Shown piece by piece: positions 1 to 7,347 of a stretch of DNA of 64,000 bases; position 1 is the first letter of the stretch, and every line of letters begins with the position of its first letter. This stretch comes from Alistipes sp. (GTDB lineage Bacteria; Bacteroidota; Bacteroidia; Bacteroidales; Rikenellaceae). Location: the NCBI GenBank assembly GCA_017504485.1, contig JAFVRC010000001.1, forward strand, positions 18,928 through 82,927, written 5' to 3'. The notes below the pieces were generated by a model that saw nothing but the letters and a program-made list of their open reading frames with translations, was not told where the DNA came from and did no database searches. The position numbers were made by a program, and so were the translations under genes.

Positions 1-50
1 CAAACGAGCAGAGCTGCCGCCATAACCGAAAAACGCTTTACGATACACAT
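1..50 (-). CDS. 5' end of a probable secreted/outer-membrane protein running off the window
   Basis: ATG at 50 reads MCIVKRFSVMAAALLV, signal-peptide-like; 27 bp downstream of the next gene on the same strand. Confidence 0.45.
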   Translation of the reverse strand, partial: MCIVKRFSVMAAALLV

Positions 51-77
51 AATTCCGACATTTTTTGTGTTTGAAAA

Positions 78-1106
78 CTATCTGCCACGTGAGTTGCCAC
101 CCGAAAAGCCTCCGCTGCCACCGCCGACGTGACCACCGCCTGACATCGAAGCACCGCTACTCATACGCGGCGTAGAGCTGAACGAAGCGTTATTACGATA
201 AGTGGTCGTACTGCCACTCGGACGCGAAGATGCATTGTTATTACGCCCCGAAGGGGTGCTCACAGGGCGGCCATAGGTTCCCGTCGAACGCACATTTCCG
301 CCACCGCGCTGCGAAGGTGGGCCATAGGTACCGCCACGCCCCGATGGAGGCATTGTCGCAGGATTGCGATGCACGACATTGTGGTGCGGCTTATGAGGTG
401 CTCCGCCCGGATGCGGCCCATAATAGACCGGCGGATACGGATAGCCCCAACCCCAGAACGGGTCGTACCACCCATACATACCGTAGATGCCCATACTCCA
501 ATAGAGGTCGAACCACGAGCCATAAGGGGCCCACCACGAGTAGCTGTATGGCGCACGCCAACCATAGTACCAACCATAGGTCGGCACGGGTGTTGCGCCC
601 CACGTTCCGAACATCGAGGTTATATATTTCGGCTCCACCCACACTTGATCGCCAGACACCATAATATTGTAGTATGCAGGGTCGTAGGCCGAAGCATAGT
701 GGAAAGCATCGGTATATCTGTAATCGCTGTAACTCGACGGCATACGATAGGTTGGCGACGAGAAACCGTAGAGGCGACGGGCATAGGCACTCTCGTAGCT
801 GTCGGCCAACACCGACGAGTAGGAAGAAGAGAGCGGCGCCGTGCCACCCTCCTGCACAGCATAACCACCCTGCGCACCAGCAGCCTTGAGCTGCGCCACC
901 ATTGCCTCATACTGTGCCTGCTGTGCTCGCTGTGCCTCGGCCGCAGCCTTTTGGCGAGCAGCTATCTCCGCACGGTCGTGCGTACCGTACATATCGTCAC
1001 CGTATGCTGCTGTCTGCAACGCCGCACCACACGACACCAACATCGCCGCAAGCGCCACTACCACCACATGATAAACCATATTTTTTATCATAAAACCTCC
1101 TTTCAT
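78..1106 (-). CDS. Lipoprotein of unknown function with Tyr/Trp/Gly-rich core and low-complexity Ser/Gly/Arg tail
   Basis: Lipobox-like ALAAMLVS-C, YGDDMY motif, aromatic-rich middle; start uncertain (1079/1091/1106). Confidence 0.7.
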   Translation of the reverse strand: MKGGFMIKNMVYHVVVVALAAMLVSCGAALQTAAYGDDMYGTHDRAEIAARQKAAAEAQRAQQAQYEAMVAQLKAAGAQGGYAVQEGGTAPLSSSYSSVLADSYESAYARRLYGFSSPTYRMPSSYSDYRYTDAFHYASAYDPAYYNIMVSGDQVWVEPKYITSMFGTWGATPVPTYGWYYGWRAPYSYSWWAPYGSWFDLYWSMGIYGMYGWYDPFWGWGYPYPPVYYGPHPGGAPHKPHHNVVHRNPATMPPSGRGGTYGPPSQRGGGNVRSTGTYGRPVSTPSGRNNNASSRPSGSTTTYRNNASFSSTPRMSSGASMSGGGHVGGGSGGFSGGNSRGR

Positions 1107-1287
1107 CACGACCTCTCTACACCAAAAAAACGAAAAATCGTGCCAAACTATTGTTCTATTCTCGCCCCAAGCCGAGTCGAGGCGACGGTGTGCGGCCACA
1201 AGACCGCATACAAATATAGATAAAATTTGATTAATACATCACGGCTATACAACAAAAATCGCTATCTTTGTGAAGTTATTTATAATT

Positions 1288-2208
1288 ATGAACGAAAAAA
1301 ATTCCATTATAGGACACCTATCGTGCTTTACAGCATACCTTATATTTGGACTTAATATCATTGTCTGCAAGGATTTAACATCAAGCAATGCTATCTCGCC
1401 ACTCGCCCTCTCTACATTACGCACATTAGGAGCAGGCGCTCTCTTTTGGCTCATCTCGCTGTTCAGGCCGAAAGAGATGGTCGAGCTCCACGATTTTCCT
1501 AAAATTTTCGCAGCATCGGTACTCGGTTTCTTCATCACGCAGGTAGCCTTCTTGCTGGCTATCCCTCGAATTACACCGATGGACTGCTCAATTGTCGCAT
1601 CGCTATCGCCAATCTATACTATGTTTATTGCGGCATTTGCAATCAAAGAGCCGCTATCTGCAAAAAAGATTGGTGGTGTGGTATTGAGTCTATGTGGTGT
1701 ATTGTATCTGATCCTCACCAGCGTCACCGCCGCATCAACCGTGACCGAAACCACACCTATGGGCGTGCTGTTAATTGTTGTTAATTCGTTCTGTTTCTCG
1801 CTCTATTTGGGAATTTTCAAGCCCCTGATTGCCAAGTACTCGGCCGTAACTTTCATGAAGTGGACTTTCCTCTTCTCCTCTCTGCTGGGTTTGCCATTCT
1901 CGGCAAAGGAACTTGTTGCGGTAGATTATTACGCCTTGCCTGCATCCTACATTGCAGAGCTCGGTTTTCTGGTCTTCTTCGCCACATTCGTAACCTATTT
2001 TCTGATTCCTATAGGGCAAAAACGGCTGCGCCCAACGCTTGTCAGCATGTACTCCTATGTACAGCCCATTATTGCCATTGTCGCGAGCATCTGCGTGGGT
2101 ATGGATACATTGAGCTGGCAAAAAGTCGTAGCCACCATAACCGTATTTTCGGGTGTTATCATCGTTTCTCACAGTCGAAAAAGGGATATATCAACTCACA
2201 ATAACTAA
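1288..2208 (+). CDS. DMT/EamA family permease
   Basis: About 10 hydrophobic helices in two repeats; YSYVQPIIA motif. Confidence 0.88.
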   Translation: MNEKNSIIGHLSCFTAYLIFGLNIIVCKDLTSSNAISPLALSTLRTLGAGALFWLISLFRPKEMVELHDFPKIFAASVLGFFITQVAFLLAIPRITPMDCSIVASLSPIYTMFIAAFAIKEPLSAKKIGGVVLSLCGVLYLILTSVTAASTVTETTPMGVLLIVVNSFCFSLYLGIFKPLIAKYSAVTFMKWTFLFSSLLGLPFSAKELVAVDYYALPASYIAELGFLVFFATFVTYFLIPIGQKRLRPTLVSMYSYVQPIIAIVASICVGMDTLSWQKVVATITVFSGVIIVSHSRKRDISTHNN

Positions 2209-2214
2209 AACACT

Positions 2215-3051
2215 ATGAGACGTCTATTTACCACTCTTATCATCCTCTCGTTTGCCCTTGCAGCCGAAGCACAAGAGGTTATCCGCGTGCTTGCCATAGG
2301 CAACAGCTTCTCGCAGGATATGGTCGAACAGAACCTCCACGAGATAGGGCGCGACGAGGGCACGACAATCATCATCGGCAACCTCTACATCGGTGGTTGC
2401 ACGCTCCAGAAGCACCTTAAAAACATTCGCGGCAACAAGAGCGCCTACTCCTATCGCAAGATTGGCACCGACGGCAAGCGCGTCGTGACCAAGAACTACT
2501 CCATCAGCCGCGCCCTGACCGACGAGGCGTGGGACTATATCATGGTGCAGCAGCAAAGCGGCCTCTCGGGAATCTATGCCTCATACGGCAGATACCTGCC
2601 CGAGATTATGAAGTATCTGCGCGAGAATGCTCCGCAGTCAGCCAAGTATATTATCCTGCAACCATGGGCCTATCAGGGCGATTCGGACCATGCCCAATTC
2701 GCCATCTACAACCACGACCAGATGGCTATGTACAAGAGTATCACCAAGAGTGTGAAGCGCATATTCACCGACTCGCGATATGGCTTCCACGCCGTTATCC
2801 CTGCGGGCACAGCCATTCAGAATGGCCGCACAAGCCGCCTCGGCGACCACCTTACACGCGATGGCTACCATCTGCACAAGGGCATAGGTCGTTATATCGG
2901 CGCCTGCACGATGTGCGAGGTGTTGCTCGGCCGACAGCTCAAGGCCTCGGGCTATGCCCCGTCGAGTGTCAGCCGCGAGGATGCCGCACTTGCGCGTCGC
3001 GCCGCCCACGTTGCCGTCGTAAAGCCTTGGCGTGTGACAAAAATCAAGTAG
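2215..3051 (+). CDS. Secreted SGNH-hydrolase-like protein (DUF4886-like)
   Basis: Signal peptide; IGNSFS, QQQSG and RDGYH motifs. Confidence 0.8.
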   Translation: MRRLFTTLIILSFALAAEAQEVIRVLAIGNSFSQDMVEQNLHEIGRDEGTTIIIGNLYIGGCTLQKHLKNIRGNKSAYSYRKIGTDGKRVVTKNYSISRALTDEAWDYIMVQQQSGLSGIYASYGRYLPEIMKYLRENAPQSAKYIILQPWAYQGDSDHAQFAIYNHDQMAMYKSITKSVKRIFTDSRYGFHAVIPAGTAIQNGRTSRLGDHLTRDGYHLHKGIGRYIGACTMCEVLLGRQLKASGYAPSSVSREDAALARRAAHVAVVKPWRVTKIK

Positions 3052-3142
3052 TCACACCTCATTCAGCAGCCACTGCGGATGGCATATAGGATGTTTTTGC
3101 AAAAAAAATCGAGAAAAAAGGGATAAATTAAAAAAGAATTTA

Positions 3143-3150
3143 TATCTTTG
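3143..3150 (+). promoter_or_regulatory. Bacteroidota -7 promoter box for tRNA-Ser
   Basis: TATCTTTG matches TAnnTTTG, 16 bp upstream of the tRNA. Confidence 0.65.
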
Positions 3151-3166
3151 CACCGCAAAACACCAA

Positions 3167-3253
3167 GGAAAGGTGCCGGAGTGGTCGATCGGGCCGCACT
3201 CGAAATGCGGTGTACGGGTAACTGTACCGGGGGTTCGAATCCCTCCCTTTCCG
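3167..3253 (+). tRNA. tRNA-Ser(CGA)
   Basis: Acceptor stem GGAAAGG/CCTTTCC, anticodon arm CCGCA-CTCGAAA-TGCGG, long variable arm, GGTTCGAATCC T arm; CCA not encoded. Confidence 0.97.
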
Positions 3254-3254
3254 C
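3234..3254 (+). repeat. attL core (tRNA 3' end)
   Basis: TTCGAATCCCTCCCTTTCCGC, identical to 20925-20945. Confidence 0.92.
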
Positions 3255-3259
3255 TGAAA

Positions 3260-3302
3260 GAAACCTACAAGAAATTGAGTCTCAATCTTGTAGGTTTTTT
3301 TT
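3260..3302 (+). terminator. Element-supplied terminator after the tRNA (may also serve the convergent integrase)
   Basis: AACCTACAAGA...TCTTGTAGGTT stem followed by a T run. Confidence 0.8.
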
Positions 3303-3500
3303 GTGCCCAAAAAGATGCACCAAAAATGCACCGACCCCGTTTCTACGCACTTATACGGGCGTTTTTCAAATCCCATACACATCATACTCATCATCCCATC
3401 TTCTCGCTCTGACAGACAGCATAGAATGCGTGGTGTAATTTTTCTGCCATTTCGGTCAAAAAAAATGCACGAAAAAAGGAACCACCTTTGTAGTTCCCTT

Positions 3501-4835
3501 CTAAAAATGTCTCTCCATTAGCATTCGCCTTTTCTTATCTCCGATAGCAAAATATGGTCTCATTGCCCTAAAATCCTCGTGTCCAGTATATGACCTAATC
3601 ATCTCTTCTGTCCAACCTTCTTCTGCACAATGAACGACAAAAGTTCTTCTTCCTGCGTGTGTAGCAATGATGTCGCATACTTTGGCGGTGATGTCGCTTC
3701 GGTCAGTTCCGCAATACTCGGTTTTGCTAACCTCCCTCGTTATTCCCAATCGGCAGGCAATCTTCTTCAAGCACTTATTCATTTTCTGGTTTGACTTCCT
3801 TGGGAAAAGCAGTCCCTTATCAGTATCCCTGTCCTTATACTTCATATAGATACTCTTGCTGTATTCATTCAAGAAGATGGTAGGAGCATCGTCAGTCTTC
3901 TTGCTCACGATGGTGAATGATGTCGGGTCATCGGGGTTATCAAAATGAGATTTCTTCAATAACGCCAAATCACTATGTCTTAATGATGTCGCACAACAGA
4001 AGCAAAATCTATCCCTCGCTAACTCCAAGTCCTTTTCAAGTTCGTCAAACTCATAATTGTAAAACAGCAAAAACTCATCCCAAGTCAGATAGTTGAATGG
4101 TGTCGGTTTCGCAGTCCTCAATTTCTTAACCTTATGTTTCATTACATCGCTGCCATACTTCAAATATCCATTCTCATATGCCCAATCCAAAATCCTCCTA
4201 AAACAGAACATATGGTTTTCAATCGTAGTATTGACATATCCCTCGCCGATGAGGAAGTTCTGGTATTCGTCCAATGTCGCACCCGTAATCTTGTCCATCA
4301 TCAATTTCGGGTTCATCTTGCGAACACCGCTCTGCACAGCACTCAATTTGTCAAATGAGGGGTGTTCCCAGAGTTTCTTTCTGTTTTTGTGGCTGTTCTT
4401 TGCAGGTTTCCAATTCTCCTCCTTGCTTTTGACCTCCACATAAATCTTTGCAAACTCGTCAAATGTAAGACCCTTAATCCTTGTGAGTTTCACGCAAGGG
4501 TTGTTAAAACTCTCAATAACGAAATCTATCCACTCCTGCCTATCCTTTTTATCCGTCATACTCTCCAATCCCTGTTCGCCAATAATTGCTTTTTCAATAT
4601 GGCTTTCCAGTTTTGCAAGTTCATCACGGAGTTTTATGAGTTCTCGCTGTTTTTCAGCACTCTCAATCTTACTAATCTTTCTTACAGAGTTAGTCTTTTC
4701 GTTCCAATCCTTCGGCGATACATACAGTCCAGTCTTGCCTCCTACACGAAATATCCTTGATACTGATATTCTTACCAGTATTTGGTTCGTCTTGTTCTCG
4801 TCCTGCTTCTTTGATAATTCGTATTTAATCGTCAT
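3501..4835 (-). CDS. int: Tyrosine recombinase/integrase (Bacteroidota type)
   Basis: N-terminal arm-binding-like region (KTGLYVSPKDWN); catalytic LRHSD, HAGRRT, GH and terminal Y motifs; adjacent to att. Confidence 0.95.
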   Translation of the reverse strand: MTIKYELSKKQDENKTNQILVRISVSRIFRVGGKTGLYVSPKDWNEKTNSVRKISKIESAEKQRELIKLRDELAKLESHIEKAIIGEQGLESMTDKKDRQEWIDFVIESFNNPCVKLTRIKGLTFDEFAKIYVEVKSKEENWKPAKNSHKNRKKLWEHPSFDKLSAVQSGVRKMNPKLMMDKITGATLDEYQNFLIGEGYVNTTIENHMFCFRRILDWAYENGYLKYGSDVMKHKVKKLRTAKPTPFNYLTWDEFLLFYNYEFDELEKDLELARDRFCFCCATSLRHSDLALLKKSHFDNPDDPTSFTIVSKKTDDAPTIFLNEYSKSIYMKYKDRDTDKGLLFPRKSNQKMNKCLKKIACRLGITREVSKTEYCGTDRSDITAKVCDIIATHAGRRTFVVHCAEEGWTEEMIRSYTGHEDFRAMRPYFAIGDKKRRMLMERHF

Positions 4836-4838
4836 ATT

Positions 4839-5132
4839 CTACGCTGCTCCCAGTTTTAATTCAATTTCCTTCTTTGAATAGTAATCCATACCACCGATAG
4901 TTCTCGCTGTTAGATACCCAGAGTGTTTCCATCTGTTGACTGTTGAAACACTCTTTTTGAAAATCTTCGCAACCTCACGGCTATTATACCACTCCTGCTT
5001 CTCCTTTACCTTATTGGCTTCCGCCAACTTCTTCGCCCACTCGTCTTGCCAATAGTAAAACAGGGCTTTCAAATCTGCCATCTTCATCGTTATCGACAGA
5101 TTGCTTTCGTCAAAATTCAGTGTTCTATTCAT
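4839..5132 (-). CDS. Excisionase-like helix-turn-helix protein
   Basis: WYNSREVAKIFKKSVSTVNRWKHSG HTH; 3 bp upstream of int. Confidence 0.8.
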   Translation of the reverse strand: MNRTLNFDESNLSITMKMADLKALFYYWQDEWAKKLAEANKVKEKQEWYNSREVAKIFKKSVSTVNRWKHSGYLTARTIGGMDYYSKKEIELKLGAA

Positions 5133-5209
5133 CTTATTAAAATTATATTTAATGCAAACTTGATAAGGCTTGAAATCGGACTTATCTTTCAGTCCATCAA
5201 TTTATTAAC

Positions 5210-5230
5210 CTATATTAAATATAACAAATT
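5210..5230 (-). promoter_or_regulatory. Element-specific 21-bp promoter/operator, copy 1
   Basis: CTATATTAAATATAACAAATT, identical at 10437-10457; upstream of xis-int. Confidence 0.55.
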
Positions 5231-5433
5231 TTACAGAAAAATCACGAAAATCAGCCCTTTTTAGCAAAAAAGTTGAATTTATTTTAACCTCCTCCAAAGT
5301 ATATAAAAGAACCGAAATGGTAGCGTCAAGCAATACCCAGCAAAAGCGAGAATAGCAATCAAATCATAACCTATGGACTTGATAGCACTCGCCATCCCGA
5401 AGTTCTCATACATCCATTTTATGCGTTTTGTAT

Positions 5434-6084
5434 TTAGCATACCAAACAATATTTCTCTTTCAACTTTCGCAGTGTGTTGATGGATGTTCCCGTGATGGCA
5501 CGAACATCTGCCAGTGTGTTGCCTTTTGATAGCAATGCAATCTCACGGTCATATGTTGTGCGGTATTCGTCCTCGCTCTTTCTATACCCTTCCTTTCTTC
5601 CAACACGACCACCCAATGCTCTATGGTGTTCATAACCGCTTGCCATTCTCGCCCTGATCAAATTTTTTTCGAGATTATTGAACTCGGCGATAATTCCAAA
5701 GCAAAGATTGGCTATCGGGTTGGGTCTGCCGTCAGGTAGAAGTGTTTCAAGTCCATTCTGCAAGATATACAAACTCACTCTCGCTTCGGTTAGTTGCTCT
5801 ATTATGTATAAGAAGTCAAGTTGGCGGCGAGAAAGTCGGCTACACTCATATACCAAGACCTTCTCTACATTGTTAGACTTAACGAAATCCAACAATTCTT
5901 TTATCGCTGCTCGCTCCTCTATTTTCTTTCCACCGCTAATTTTCTCGCTGAACTCCTTCACGATTTTGTAGTTCTGCTTCCACGCATAGTTCCTTAACTC
6001 TGTTATCTGTCTGGTGTAATCTTGAGTGGATGTGCTAACTCTTGCGTAGATGACAACTTTGGTTTTCTCTTCCATTTTTATCAT
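5434..6084 (-). CDS. Serine recombinase (resolvase/invertase family)
   Basis: YARVST catalytic serine, SRLSR motif, C-terminal HTH. Confidence 0.93.
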   Translation of the reverse strand: MIKMEEKTKVVIYARVSTSTQDYTRQITELRNYAWKQNYKIVKEFSEKISGGKKIEERAAIKELLDFVKSNNVEKVLVYECSRLSRRQLDFLYIIEQLTEARVSLYILQNGLETLLPDGRPNPIANLCFGIIAEFNNLEKNLIRARMASGYEHHRALGGRVGRKEGYRKSEDEYRTTYDREIALLSKGNTLADVRAITGTSINTLRKLKEKYCLVC

Positions 6085-6207
6085 ATTAATCTTTTAAGTT
6101 ATTTTACATTATGTGTCTTCTTGGATAGCAAGTTGCAAATTATCTCATCATAAGATTAAATTGATACATTTGCATTATTTTGACTGCCTCCATTAAATTG
6201 ATACTTT

Positions 6208-6384
6208 TTAGTGTTTTCGTTCTGCCAATTTCGGTGGGTGAATGTCATTCAACATACTCTCCTTGATTTCAGTAATTGAAACAATCATTTCAGTTCGTCG
6301 CTCCTCTGACCAATCATCCAATACTCCATCAACAATTGAGAGAGCGAATAAATGCCGTTTGCCAGATGTGAGGTTGCTGTCCAT
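6208..6384 (-). CDS. Small 58-aa hypothetical protein (absent from ORF track)
   Basis: MDSNLTSGKRHLFALSIVDGVLDDWSEERRTEMIVSITEIKESMLNDIHPPKLAERKH; A-rich start context; TATCTTTG box at 6423-6430 (-). Confidence 0.5.
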   Translation of the reverse strand: MDSNLTSGKRHLFALSIVDGVLDDWSEERRTEMIVSITEIKESMLNDIHPPKLAERKH

Positions 6385-6655
6385 AATTTTAATAGTTATG
6401 TTGTAAAACTCTTTTTCTACTGCAAAGATAAATAATTATTTCCATAACTCTCTGGACCACAAGCACTTAAATTGGTCCAAAATAATAAAAAATCAGGAGT
6501 ATTGTCCTTAAAACAACCTCCTGATTTCAAATTTTCAGTTTATTGAATCGTAAATTGTATGTTATTGATTATTAATTGTTTAGATATGTAGCCTGTCCAA
6601 CACCCCCTTAAACTAATGGGGTTTGGAAAAATTTAGGACATCCACAAATCTAAAA

Positions 6656-7237
6656 TTACCACTTCACATCAGCCCACTCTTCCTTAATTAACTCCTGTAT
6701 ATCGTAGTCAAGGTTTTCGCTACTTTTTGCAATGATATATGACAGCACCTCTCTGCGAGATTTAATACGCAGGTAGTTCTCCATCCATTGGTTCTTACCT
6801 AACTTATGGTCGTCAGCATCCATCATTGCTCTCCACTTGAAATATTCGTTGGGGTCTGTTATCCAATAGTCCTCTCCATCCTCGTTCTCGCAAGAAGCAT
6901 AAACCAAATCCCACCTGTAATTCATCATATTCTCTAAACTTGCATCATAACAGTATAGTCGTGTTTGCACGCCATATGTATATTCGTTCCCTTCGAGGTC
7001 AATCCATATATTATCTCTATTGCCCTTAAAATCTCCGTGATGTATGTCATTAAAAATAATCTTGCCGAATATTCCCTCCACTATATATTCCAGCAATCTT
7101 TTCTCTGAAAAGGGTTTGTGTTCTAATGCATTTTCTTTAATCCTGAAACCATAAATCAATTTGCTCTCGGTCAAACAGAGCGGTTTATTAAACAAAACTT
7201 GATAGCAGGGAGCATAGGTCTTTATATTCTTATCCAT
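6656..7237 (-). CDS. Hypothetical protein
   Basis: 193-aa ORF in AT-rich DNA, co-oriented with the replicase gene. Confidence 0.65.
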   Translation of the reverse strand: MDKNIKTYAPCYQVLFNKPLCLTESKLIYGFRIKENALEHKPFSEKRLLEYIVEGIFGKIIFNDIHHGDFKGNRDNIWIDLEGNEYTYGVQTRLYCYDASLENMMNYRWDLVYASCENEDGEDYWITDPNEYFKWRAMMDADDHKLGKNQWMENYLRIKSRREVLSYIIAKSSENLDYDIQELIKEEWADVKW

Positions 7238-7347
7238 ATTCCATTAGTTTTTTATATACAGTATTTATGGGTCAGAGAATATGGTGGCAACACAAAAAGG
7301 GATATGGATAAGTGATTGAGAATAATAATTATTTTGTGATTTAAGTG

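Noticed and set aside
3140-3521. Short ORFs over the tRNA/attL, and the 236-aa ORF at 20730-21440
   Set aside because: They overlap the tRNA, att and repeat sequences and have no protein-like features
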